Shown: positions 56,664 through 64,000 of the stretch, in pieces | Layout: each line of letters opens with the position of its first letter | Numbering within the stretch: position 1 is the first letter of the stretch | Origin: an uncultured Rhodobacteraceae bacterium | Lineage (GTDB): Bacteria; Pseudomonadota; Alphaproteobacteria; Rhodobacterales; Rhodobacteraceae | Assembly (NCBI GenBank): GCA_937983405.1 | Contig: CALJZN010000031.1 | Location: forward strand, 1,218 to 65,217 | Direction of reading: 5' to 3' | DNA length: 64,000 bases | Position numbers and translations under genes: made by a program | Notes under the pieces: generated by a model | What the model was told of the DNA's origin: nothing | The model's database searches: none | The model's input: the letters and a program-made list of their open reading frames with translations, nothing else

Positions 56664-57269
56664 ATGGAACAGACTGGAACGACCGGGGGGCTGGAACGCA
56701 AGTTCCACCGCCCCGAGGCGGGGCTGGTGCTGAGCGACGGGGCGGTGGTGTCGGGCTACGCCTCGGTCTTCGGTCGGCGCGACCAGGGCGGCGACATCGT
56801 GCTGCCGGGCGCCTATGCGGCCTCGCTCGCGGCCCTGGCGGCGGCGGGGCGGCGGGTGAAGATGCTCTGGCAGCACGACCCCGCCCAGCCCATCGGCGTC
56901 TGGGACGAGGTGCGCGAGGACGACCGCGGCCTGTTCGTCACGGGCCGCCTGCTGCCCGAGGTCGCGCGCGCCCGCGAGGCGGCGGCGCTGTTGTCGGCCG
57001 GGGCCATCGACGGGCTGTCGATCGGCTATCGCACCGTCAGGGCCGAGCGCGATGCGGCGGGGCTGAGGCGGCTGGCCGAGATCGACCTCTGGGAGGTCTC
57101 GCTGGTCACCTTCCCGATGCTGCCCGAGGCGCGCGTGGGGGCCAAGGGCGAGCCTGCCCCCGACCCGGAGACGGCGGCGGTTCTGGGCGAGCTTGCCGCG
57201 GCGCTGGCCGAGGCGCGCCGGGCGCTGGCGCGGGAGCGCGCCGGCGATTTCTTCTCATCGAACGGGTGA
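56664..57269 (+). CDS. GTA g4, prohead protease (HK97 family)
   Basis: VSGYASVFGRRDQGGDIVLPGAY, VKMLWQHD, IDGLSIGYR, LWEVSLVTFPMLPEARV. Confidence 0.9.
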   Translation: MEQTGTTGGLERKFHRPEAGLVLSDGAVVSGYASVFGRRDQGGDIVLPGAYAASLAALAAAGRRVKMLWQHDPAQPIGVWDEVREDDRGLFVTGRLLPEVARAREAAALLSAGAIDGLSIGYRTVRAERDAAGLRRLAEIDLWEVSLVTFPMLPEARVGAKGEPAPDPETAAVLGELAAALAEARRALARERAGDFFSSNG

Positions 57270-57273
57270 CAGG

Positions 57274-58470
57274 ATGACGGCAAGGCAGACGAAGGCTTCG
57301 GCGGGGGTGCCGGAGGGGGCGCGGGGGGCGGCGGAGGTGACATCTGCCCTCCTTGGCTTTCTGAACGAGTTCAAAGGCTTTCAGGACGACCTGAAGGCGA
57401 GGCTGCAACATCAGGACGAGCGACTGACCATGCTGGACCGCAAGACGATTTCTCACGCCCGCCCGGCGCTTTCGGCTGCGGCCGAGGCCGAGGCGCCGCA
57501 CCAGAAGGCCTTCGACGCCTATCTGCGCACCGGCGACGACGACGGGCTGCGCGCCCTGGTGCTGGAAGCCAAGGGCATGACGACCGCGGTGGCGGGCGAC
57601 GGCGGCTATCTGGTCGATCCGCAGACGGCCGAGACGATCCGCTCGGTGTTGCGCGGCGCGGCCTCGATCCGGGCGATCGCGAATGTGGTGAACGTCGAGG
57701 CGATCGCGTTCGATGTGCTGGTGGACCGCACCGATGTGGGCTCGGGCTGGACGGACGAGGCCTCGACCATCACCGAGACCGACACGCCCGCGATCGAGCG
57801 CATCTCGATCCCGCTGCACGAGCTGTCGGCGATGCCGAAGGCGTCGCAGCGGCTGCTCGACGATTCGGCCTTCGACATCGAGGGCTGGCTGGCGTCGCGG
57901 ATCGCCGACAAGTTCGCCCGGGCCGAGGCGGCGGCCTTCGTTTCGGGCGACGGGATCGGCAAGCCCAAGGGCTTTCTCGCCCACAACAAGGTGGCCGAGG
58001 ACAGCTGGGCCTGGGGCGCACTGGGCTATGTGGCCACGGGCGCGGCGGGGGACTTCAGCGCCACGAACCCCGCGGATGCCATCGTCGATCTGGTCTATGC
58101 GCTGGGCGCCGGCTATCGCGCCAACGCGACCTTCGTGATGAACTCGAAGACCGCCGGCGCGGTGCGCAAGATGAAGGACGGCGACGGCCGCTTCCTGTGG
58201 TCGGACGGGCTGGCCTCGGGCGAGCCGGCGCGACTGATGGGTTATCCGGTGCTGATCGCCGAGGACATGCCCGACATCGGCGCCAACGCCTATGCCATCG
58301 CCTTCGGCGACTTCCGCGCGGGCTATACCATCGCCGACCGGCCCGACCTGCGGGTGCTGCGCGATCCGTTCTCGGCCAAGCCGCATGTGCTGTTCTACGC
58401 CACCAAGCGGGTGGGCGGCGATGTGAGCGACTTCGCCGCGATCAAGCTGCTGAAGTTCGCGGTCAGCTGA
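57274..58470 (+). CDS. GTA g5, major capsid protein (HK97 fold)
   Basis: 398 aa. N-terminal coiled delta-like region, then GGYLVDPQT, IPLHELSAMPKASQRLLDDSAFDIEGWL, AEAAAFVSGDGIGKPKGFL, FVMNSKTAGAVRKMKDGDGRFLW, LMGYPV. Confidence 0.93.
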   Translation: MTARQTKASAGVPEGARGAAEVTSALLGFLNEFKGFQDDLKARLQHQDERLTMLDRKTISHARPALSAAAEAEAPHQKAFDAYLRTGDDDGLRALVLEAKGMTTAVAGDGGYLVDPQTAETIRSVLRGAASIRAIANVVNVEAIAFDVLVDRTDVGSGWTDEASTITETDTPAIERISIPLHELSAMPKASQRLLDDSAFDIEGWLASRIADKFARAEAAAFVSGDGIGKPKGFLAHNKVAEDSWAWGALGYVATGAAGDFSATNPADAIVDLVYALGAGYRANATFVMNSKTAGAVRKMKDGDGRFLWSDGLASGEPARLMGYPVLIAEDMPDIGANAYAIAFGDFRAGYTIADRPDLRVLRDPFSAKPHVLFYATKRVGGDVSDFAAIKLLKFAVS

Positions 58471-58483
58471 GGCGCAGGGCCGG

Positions 58484-58510
58484 CCCGCCCCGGGATGCGC
58501 CCGGGGCGGG
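58484..58510 (+). other. 11-bp perfect GC hairpin just after the capsid gene (no U-tract)
   Basis: CCCGCCCCGGG (58484-58494), loop ATGCG, CCCGGGGCGGG (58500-58510). It begins 14 nt after the g5 stop and lies before g6. Confidence 0.6.
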
Positions 58511-58546
58511 GGCCGGGGCGGGGAATTGTCGCGCGCGGGGGTGGCG

Positions 58547-59146
58547 ATGCTGATCGAGACAAGCGGCGTGCCGGAGGCGGCGCTGCCGGTAGAGGCGTTC
58601 CGGGCCCATCTGCGGCTGGGCACGGGGTTCGGCGACGAGGCGGTGCAGGATGCGCTGCTGGGCGGCTTCCTGCGCGCGGCCATGGCGGCGATCGAGGGGC
58701 GGACGGGCAAGGTGCTGATCGCGCGCGGCTTCGCGCTGGTGCTGCCGGACTGGCGCGGGGCCGACGAGCAGCCGCTGCCGGTGGCGCCGGTGCTGGCGGT
58801 TGCCTCGGTGACGCTGGCCGACCGGGCGGGCAACGAAACGCCGGTGCCCCCGGCGCGCTGGCGGCTGGTGCGCGACACGCACCGGCCGCGGATCGTCGGG
58901 GCGGGCGGATGGCTGTTGCCGGGCGTGCCTGTCGGCGGGCAGGTGACGGTGGCCTTCACCGCCGGGTTCGGCCCGGCCTGGGAGGACGTGCCGGCAGACC
59001 TGCGCCACGCAGTGCTGCTGCTGGCGGCGCACTACCACGAGCAGCGGCACCAGCTGGAGCAGGGCGAAAGCGCCATGCCTTTCGGGGTGATGGCGCTGGT
59101 CGAGCGGTGGCGCACCCTGCGGCTGCTGGGCGGGGCGGCGCGATGA
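58547..59146 (+). CDS. GTA g6, head-tail connector (phage gp6-like)
   Basis: LPVEAFRAHLRLGTGFGDE..LLGGFLRAAMAAIEGRTGKVLI..., DLRHAVLLLAAHYHEQR. ATG 58547 (the track ORF starts at TTG 58526). Confidence 0.8.
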   Translation: MLIETSGVPEAALPVEAFRAHLRLGTGFGDEAVQDALLGGFLRAAMAAIEGRTGKVLIARGFALVLPDWRGADEQPLPVAPVLAVASVTLADRAGNETPVPPARWRLVRDTHRPRIVGAGGWLLPGVPVGGQVTVAFTAGFGPAWEDVPADLRHAVLLLAAHYHEQRHQLEQGESAMPFGVMALVERWRTLRLLGGAAR

Positions 59147-59481
59147 GGCCTGTCAACCCCACGCGGCGGCTGGTGCTGGAGGCGGTCGCGCGGGTGCCCG
59201 ACGGGATGGGCGGCTTTGCCGTGAGCTGGGTGGCGCGCGGCACGCTTTGGGGCGATGTGCGCCCGGGCACGGGGCGCGAGGTGGCCGATGCCTTTCTGGC
59301 GCGGCCCGAGGTGGCGCTGCGCATCTTCGTGCGGGGGGCGCCGGTGGGCGCCCCTTCGCGCCCCGTAGCGGGCGAGCGGTTCCGCGAGGGCGGCCGGGTC
59401 TATCCGATCCGCGCCGTGGCCGAGGCCGACCCGCGGGGCGCCTGGCTCGTGTGCTTCTGCGTCGAGGAGGAGGGGCCATGA
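59143..59481 (+). CDS. GTA g7, head closure/head-tail adaptor
   Basis: 112 aa. ATGA overlap with g6. RRLVLEAVARVPDGMGGFAVSWVARGTLWGDVRP..., YPIRAVAEADPRG. Confidence 0.8.
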   Translation: MRPVNPTRRLVLEAVARVPDGMGGFAVSWVARGTLWGDVRPGTGREVADAFLARPEVALRIFVRGAPVGAPSRPVAGERFREGGRVYPIRAVAEADPRGAWLVCFCVEEEGP

Positions 59482-59879
59482 GCTATGGCATGGCGGCGGC
59501 GCTGCAGGCGGCGGTGCATGCACGGCTGGCAAGCGATCCGGCGGTGCAGGCGCTGGTGGGAACGGCCGTCTACGACGCGGTGCCGGCGAACGCCCGCGGC
59601 ACCTGGATCGCCATCGGCCCCGAGGAGGTGCGCGACCGCTCGGACAAGGGCGCGGACGGGGCCGAGCACGACTTTACCGTGACGGTGATGAGCGATGCGG
59701 CAGGCTTCCGCGCGGCCAAGGAGGTGGCGGTCGCGGTCTCGGACGCGCTGGTGGATGCGCCGCTGGTGCTGACGCGCGGCCGGCTGGTGGGCCTGTGGTT
59801 CGTCGCGGCGCGGGCGGCGCGCGAGAGGGGGCCCGGACGGCGGATCGACCTGCGCTTTCGCGCGCGGGTGGACGGATGA
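59478..59879 (+). CDS. GTA g8, DUF3168 tail-completion/terminator protein
   Basis: 133 aa. ATGA overlap with g7. LQAAVHARLASDPAVQALVGTAVYDAVP...HDFTVTVMS... Confidence 0.78.
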   Translation: MSYGMAAALQAAVHARLASDPAVQALVGTAVYDAVPANARGTWIAIGPEEVRDRSDKGADGAEHDFTVTVMSDAAGFRAAKEVAVAVSDALVDAPLVLTRGRLVGLWFVAARAARERGPGRRIDLRFRARVDG

Positions 59880-59924
59880 GGCGATTGCGCCCCGCGGGGC
59901 GGCCAAGGAAACGGAGCGACGGAC

Positions 59925-60338
59925 ATGGGTGCCCAGAGCGGCAAGGACCTGCTGATCAAGATCGACCTGACCGGGGACGGGCAGTTCGAGACCATCGCCG
60001 GGCTGCGCGCGACGCGCGTGAGCTTCAACGCCGAGACGGTGGATGTGACGAGCCTTGAAAGCCGGGGCGGCTGGCGCGAGCTGCTGGCGGGGGCGGGGGT
60101 GAAATCGGCCACGATCGCGGGTTCGGGCGTCTTTCGCGATGCCAACACCGACGAGCGGGCGCGGCAGATCTTCTTCGACGGCGAGGTTCCGGCCTTCCAG
60201 GTGATCATCCCGGGCTTCGGGGTGGTCGAGGGGCCGTTCCAGATCACCGCCATCGACTATGCCGGCAGCCACAACGGCGAGGCGACCTATGAGCTGTCGC
60301 TGGCCTCGGCCGGCGTGCTGAGCTTCACGGCGCTGTGA
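59925..60338 (+). CDS. GTA g9, major tail protein (TP901-1 family)
   Basis: 137 aa. GKDLLIKIDLTGDGQFETIAGLRATRVSFNAETVDVTS...FQITAIDYAGSHNGEATYELSLASAG. Confidence 0.88.
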   Translation: MGAQSGKDLLIKIDLTGDGQFETIAGLRATRVSFNAETVDVTSLESRGGWRELLAGAGVKSATIAGSGVFRDANTDERARQIFFDGEVPAFQVIIPGFGVVEGPFQITAIDYAGSHNGEATYELSLASAGVLSFTAL

Positions 60339-60664
60339 TGGCGAACCCCTGGGCGGGCGAGGTGGCGCTGGTGCTCGACGGCCGGCGCCATGTCTGCAAG
60401 CTGACGCTGGGCGCGCTGGCCGAGCTCGAGGCGGCGCTGGAGGCGGGGTCGCTGGTGGCGCTGGTGGAGCGGTTCGAGCGGGGCGCGTTCTCGGCCCGCG
60501 ACGTGCTGGCGCTGGTGGTGGCGGGGCTGCGCGGCGGCGGCTGGCAGGGCACGGCCGAAGACCTGCGCACCGCCGAGATCGAGGGCGGGGCGGTCGAGGC
60601 GGCGCGGGTGGGCGCGCAGCTTCTGGCGCGGGCCTTCGCGCTGCCGGGGCCTGCGGCACGGTGA
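60335..60664 (+). CDS. GTA g10, tail assembly chaperone
   Basis: 109 aa. ANPWAGEVALVLDGRRHVCKLTLGALAELEAAL... It overlaps the g9 stop. The position and pattern match RcGTA g10. Confidence 0.8.
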   Translation: MMANPWAGEVALVLDGRRHVCKLTLGALAELEAALEAGSLVALVERFERGAFSARDVLALVVAGLRGGGWQGTAEDLRTAEIEGGAVEAARVGAQLLARAFALPGPAAR

Positions 60665-60864
60665 GCGGGCTCGACTGGCCGGGGCTGATGCGGGCGGGGC
60701 TGCGCGGCCTGTCCCTGACGCCCGAGCAGTTCTGGCGGCTGACGCCGGTGGAGCTGTTGGTGATGCTCGGGGTCGAGGCGGGGCCGCCGCCCCTGACCCG
60801 GGCGCGGCTGGAGGAGCTCGCGCGGGCCTTTCCGGATGCAAGGAAGGGAGACGGGGATGGCTGA
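60661..60864 (+). CDS. GTA g10.1, second tail assembly chaperone
   Basis: 67 aa. GTG start overlapping the g10 stop (GTGA). LDWPGLMRAGLRGLSLTPEQFWRLTPVELLVML. Confidence 0.75.
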   Translation: MSGLDWPGLMRAGLRGLSLTPEQFWRLTPVELLVMLGVEAGPPPLTRARLEELARAFPDARKGDGDG

Positions 60865-61489
60865 GACCGACGATCTGGCCGCGGGGATTGCGGCGCTGGA
60901 GGCGAGCCTGGCTGGCGCGCAGGGCATGGCCGCGGCCTTCGATGCCGAGCTGCGGGCAATGCAGCAGACGCTGTGGATGACCGGGCGCGAGGTGAACGCG
61001 CTTTCGGCCGGGATCGGCACCGGGCTGCGGCGGGCCTTCGATGGCCTGGTGTTCGACGGGCTGAAGCTGTCGGACGCGCTGCGGGTGCTGGCGCGCTCGC
61101 TGGTGGACACGATGTATTCCATCGCCATGAAGCCGGTGCAGACCGCGCTTGGCGCGGCGGTGGCGGGCCTGCTGCCCTTCGCCAACGGGGCGGGGTTTGC
61201 CCAGGGGCGGGTGATGCCCTTTGCCTCGGGCGGCATCGTGTCGGGCCCGGTGAGCTTTCCCATGCGGGGCGGGCGCGGGTTGATGGGAGAGGCCGGGCCC
61301 GAGGCGATCCTGCCGCTGGCGCGGGGCGCGGACGGGCGGCTTGGGGTTCGGGCCCCGGGGGCGGGGGGGCGGCCGATCGCGGTGGTGGTCAACGTCGCGA
61401 CCCCGGATGTCGCGGGGTTCGAGCGCAGCCAGTCGCAGATTGCCGCGCAGTTGGGCCGGATGCTGGCCCGCGGCCAGCGCAACAGGTGA
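60857..61489 (+). CDS. GTA g11, short tail tape-measure protein
   Basis: 210 aa from ATG 60857. A helical N-terminal half, then GRVMPFASGGIVSGPVSFPMRGGRGLMGEAGPEAILPLARG..GRLGV. The small size is typical of GTAs. Confidence 0.85.
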   Translation: MAETDDLAAGIAALEASLAGAQGMAAAFDAELRAMQQTLWMTGREVNALSAGIGTGLRRAFDGLVFDGLKLSDALRVLARSLVDTMYSIAMKPVQTALGAAVAGLLPFANGAGFAQGRVMPFASGGIVSGPVSFPMRGGRGLMGEAGPEAILPLARGADGRLGVRAPGAGGRPIAVVVNVATPDVAGFERSQSQIAAQLGRMLARGQRNR

Positions 61490-61496
61490 GGACGGC

Positions 61497-62129
61497 ATGG
61501 GCTTTCACGAGGTGCGGTTTCCCGCGACCCTGAGCTTCGGCTCGGTCGGGGGGCCCGAGCGGCGCACGGAGATCGTCACCCTTGCCAATGGGTTCGAGGA
61601 GCGCAACACGCCCTGGGCGGATGCGCGGCGGCGCTATGACGCGGGCGTGGGCCTGCGCAGCCTGGACGACCTCGAGGCGCTGATCGCCTTCTTCGAGGCG
61701 CGGCGCGGGCAGCTTTTCGGGTTCCGCTGGAAGGACTGGGCGGATTACAAGTCGTCGCCTGCCTCGCGCCCGATCACCTTCGAGGACCAGCGGATCGGCA
61801 CCGGGGACGGGGTGACGCGCATCTTCCGGCTGAGCAAGACCTACCGCTCCGGGCCTGCGGCCTATGTCCGCCCCATCGTCAAGCCGGTCGAGGGAACGGT
61901 GCTGGCCGGGGTGGGCGGGCTGCCGAAGGTCTTCGGTCTGCACTTCGCGGTGGATGCGACCACGGGCCTGGTCACCTTCGCCGAACCGCCGGCGCTGGGC
62001 GCGGCGGTGACGGCAGGTTTCGAGTTCGACGTGCCGGTCCGCTTCGACACCGACCGCATCCAGGTCTCGGTGGCAAGCTTTCAGGCCGGCGACGTGCCGG
62101 TGGTGCCGGTGATCGAGGTGCGGGTATGA
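61497..62129 (+). CDS. GTA g12, distal tail protein (DUF2460/TIGR02217)
   Basis: MGFHEVRFPATLSFGSVGGPERRTEIVTLANGFEERNTPWADARRRYDAG...FFEARRGQLFGFRWKDWADY. Confidence 0.9.
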   Translation: MGFHEVRFPATLSFGSVGGPERRTEIVTLANGFEERNTPWADARRRYDAGVGLRSLDDLEALIAFFEARRGQLFGFRWKDWADYKSSPASRPITFEDQRIGTGDGVTRIFRLSKTYRSGPAAYVRPIVKPVEGTVLAGVGGLPKVFGLHFAVDATTGLVTFAEPPALGAAVTAGFEFDVPVRFDTDRIQVSVASFQAGDVPVVPVIEVRV

Positions 62130-63016
62130 GCGGGCTTGCAGCGCATCTGGCGACGGGTGCCACCACGGTGGCCCGGGCCTGGGCGGTGGTGCGGCGCGAC
62201 AGCCTGGTCCTGGGATTTACCGACCACGACCGCGACCTTGCCTTCGAGGGGATCGTCTTTCGCGCCCGCGCGGGCATGACGGCGCGGGCGCTGCAGCAGA
62301 CCACGGGGCTGTCGGTGGACAACTCGGAGGCCTACGGCGCGCTGTCCGATGCGGCGATCACCGAGGCGGATGTGCTGGCGGGCCGCTACGACGGGGCGGA
62401 GGTGCGCATCTGGCGCGTCAACTGGGCCGACGTGGCGCAGCGTGCGCTCGAGTTCCGCGGCACGATCGGCGAGATCACGCGGCAGGCGGGGGCGTTCCGG
62501 GCCGAGCTGCGGGGCCTGACCGAGGCGCTGAACGCGCCGCAGGGGCGGGTGTATCAGGCGCCCTGCTCGGCGGTGCTGGGCGATGCCCGCTGCCGGGTGG
62601 ACCTGGGCGCGCCGGGCTACTTCGCCCTGCGTGCCGCCGAGGCGGTGGCGGATGCCCGGGTTTTCCGCTTCGCCGACCTTGCCGGCTACGACGACCGCTG
62701 GTTCGAGGGCGGCAGGCTGACGGTGCTGAGCGGCGCCGCGGCGGGGCTGGTGGGGCAGGTCAAGAACGACCGGCTGTCGGCCGCAGGCCGCGAGCTGGAG
62801 CTGTGGCAGGCCCTTGGCCGGCCGGTCGCGCCGGGCGACCTGCTGCGGATCGAGGCCGGCTGCGACAAGCAGCTCGACAGCTGCCGGCTGAAGTTCGACA
62901 ATGTGCGCAACTTTCGCGGCTTTCCAGACATCCCCGGCGAGGATTGGCTGACCGCCGTTCCGGCCCGGGCGGGCGGCGCGAAGGACGGCGGCAGCCTGCG
63001 CCGGGCGGCGCGGTGA
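62126..63016 (+). CDS. GTA g13, baseplate hub protein (DUF2163/TIGR02218)
   Basis: 296 aa. LAAHLATGATTVARAW.VVRRDSLVLGFTDHDRDLAFEGIVF, ...CDKQLDSCRLKFDNVRNFRGFPDIPGEDWL. Confidence 0.9.
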   Translation: MSGLAAHLATGATTVARAWAVVRRDSLVLGFTDHDRDLAFEGIVFRARAGMTARALQQTTGLSVDNSEAYGALSDAAITEADVLAGRYDGAEVRIWRVNWADVAQRALEFRGTIGEITRQAGAFRAELRGLTEALNAPQGRVYQAPCSAVLGDARCRVDLGAPGYFALRAAEAVADARVFRFADLAGYDDRWFEGGRLTVLSGAAAGLVGQVKNDRLSAAGRELELWQALGRPVAPGDLLRIEAGCDKQLDSCRLKFDNVRNFRGFPDIPGEDWLTAVPARAGGAKDGGSLRRAAR

Positions 63017-63450
63017 TGCCGTCGGGCGCGCAGGTCGTTGCGGCGGCGCGGGGTTGGATCGGGACGCCGTATGTGCATCAGGCCTCGGCCCGCGGGGCGG
63101 GGGCCGACTGTCTTGGCCTTCTGCGCGGGGTCTGGCGCGAGCTCTGCGGGGCCGAGCCCTGCGCGGTGCCGCCCTACACGGCCGACTGGGCCGAGCCGGC
63201 GCGCGAAGAGGTGCTGTGGCGGGCTGCCGCGCGGCTTCTCGACGAGCGGCCGCCGGGCGCGGCGCCGGCGCCGGGCGATGTGCTCTTGTTCCGCATGCGG
63301 GCGGGCAGCATCGCCAAGCATCTGGGCATCCAGGCCGCAGTCGGTCGGGAGGCGAGTTTCGTTCATGCCTATTCGGGACATGGCGTGATCGAAAGCGCGC
63401 TGACGCCGCCCTGGGCGCGGAGGGTCGTCGCGCGGTTCCGGTTTCGATGA
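63013..63450 (+). CDS. GTA g14, NlpC/P60-type cell-wall peptidase
   Basis: AARGWIGTPYVHQASARGAGADCLGLLRGVW (catalytic Cys), GDVLLFRM..., KHLGI..., VHAY. GTG 63013 overlaps the g13 stop; ATG 63016 is the alternative. Confidence 0.88.
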   Translation: MMPSGAQVVAAARGWIGTPYVHQASARGAGADCLGLLRGVWRELCGAEPCAVPPYTADWAEPAREEVLWRAAARLLDERPPGAAPAPGDVLLFRMRAGSIAKHLGIQAAVGREASFVHAYSGHGVIESALTPPWARRVVARFRFR

Positions 63451-63462
63451 GGGAGAAGGCCT

Positions 63463-64000
63463 GTGGCAACCATCCTGTTGTCGGCCGTGGGTGCGGCCAT
63501 CGGCGCGGGCGTCGGCGGCACCGTGCTGGGGCTGACCGGCGCGGTGATCGGGCGGGCGGTGGGCGCCACCGTCGGCCGAGTGATCGACCAGCGGCTTCTC
63601 GGGGCGGGGTCGGACCCGGTCGAGACCGGCCGGGTCGAGCGCTTCCGCCTGACAGGGGCGTCCGAGGGCGCGCCGATCCCGGTCGTCTTCGGGCGGATGC
63701 GGGTGGGCGGGCAGGTGATCTGGGCCTCGCGGTTCCAGGAGACGGCAACACGGCGGGGTGGCGGCAAGGGGGCGCCGCAGCCGCGGACGGTGGAGTATGC
63801 CTACAGCGTCAGCCTAGCGATCGCGCTGTGCGAGGGGGTGATCGCGCGGGTCGGGCGGATCTGGGCCGACGGGGTCGAGCTGGCGCCCGGGGCGCTTGAC
63901 CTGCGGGTCTATGCGGGCAGCGAGGATCAACTGCCCGACCCGCGGATCGAGGCGGTGGAAGGCACCGGCAAGGTGCCTGCCTATCGCGGGATCGCCTATG
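63463..64000 (+). CDS. GTA g15, large host-specificity/tail-tip protein (N-terminal 179 codons only; continues past the window)
   Basis: Hand translation from GTG 63463 after GGGAGAAGG: VATILLSAVGAAIGAGVGGTVLGLTGAVIGRAVGATVGRVIDQRLLGAGSDPVETGRVERFRL...GGQVIWASRF...YSVSLAIALCEGVIARVGRIWADG. It is absent from the ORF track because it has no stop in the window. Confidence 0.85.
   Translation, partial: MATILLSAVGAAIGAGVGGTVLGLTGAVIGRAVGATVGRVIDQRLLGAGSDPVETGRVERFRLTGASEGAPIPVVFGRMRVGGQVIWASRFQETATRRGGGKGAPQPRTVEYAYSVSLAIALCEGVIARVGRIWADGVELAPGALDLRVYAGSEDQLPDPRIEAVEGTGKVPAYRGIAY

Larger units (their letters stand above)
53462..64000 (+). mobile_element. RcGTA-type gene transfer agent head-tail structural cluster (g1-g15; continues beyond the window)
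   Basis: 17 co-directional, mostly overlapping ORFs in the canonical RcGTA order: TerS-like, TerL, portal, g3.5, protease, capsid, connector, head closure, tail terminator, major tail, two chaperones, short tape measure, distal tail, hub, peptidase, g15. No integrase, repressor, replication or lysis genes are present. Confidence 0.9.

Noticed and set aside
60335-60864. Programmed -1 frameshift between the tail chaperone genes (G/GT-like)
   Set aside because: The two ORFs are joined by a simple GTGA start/stop overlap. I saw no slippery heptamer at the junction, so separate initiation is sufficient to explain them.
53462-64000. Intact prophage
   Set aside because: There is no integrase, repressor/antirepressor, replication, holin/endolysin or att-like repeats in or next to the module. 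The 210-aa tape measure and compact layout match GTAs, not functional siphophages.

Overview
Very GC-rich alphaproteobacterial chromosome segment. Real genes show about 90% or more G/C at third codon positions by eye, and gene content and order look Rhodobacteraceae-like. I can support about 70 protein genes, 2 tRNAs (Asn-GTT, Leu-TAG), a few intrinsic terminators and several short repeats. Family calls rest on motifs I recognise by eye; no searches were run.

Most of the window is core housekeeping:
- map, pyrC-pyrE, dnaB, sodB, bamB-der, glnB-glnA, tig
- rpsF-rpsR-rplI, fabD/fabG/acpP/fabF-mltG, ccmI-ruvX
- an Atm1-type ABC exporter, an RND pump with its adaptor, and a peptide-type ABC importer with a GntR regulator

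The last 10.5 kb (53.46-64.0 kb) is a colinear RcGTA-type gene transfer agent head-tail cluster, g1 to g15, with g15 cut by the window end.

I saw no CRISPR array, IS/transposase, integrase or rRNA. Most long ORFs in the supplied track are antisense or off-frame artefacts of the GC bias.

I did not find a convincing multi-gene system of clearly novel type. The items most worth follow-up are:
1. An intrinsic-terminator hairpin directly in front of GTA g1, downstream of a promoter-like element.
2. A small accessory-looking segment between glnA and tRNA-Leu: an orphan membrane protein plus a Cys-less Hint-domain protein paired with a DUF3445 protein.
3. A decayed locus of three gene fragments between the quinone oxidoreductase gene and pyrC.
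4. A membrane-anchored DUF2726 (nuclease-fold) gene inserted antisense inside the fab cluster.
5. An nnr gene split exactly at its interdomain linker.
6. Two unusually long, repeat-containing non-coding spacers (dnaB to tRNA-Asn, and acpP to fabF).
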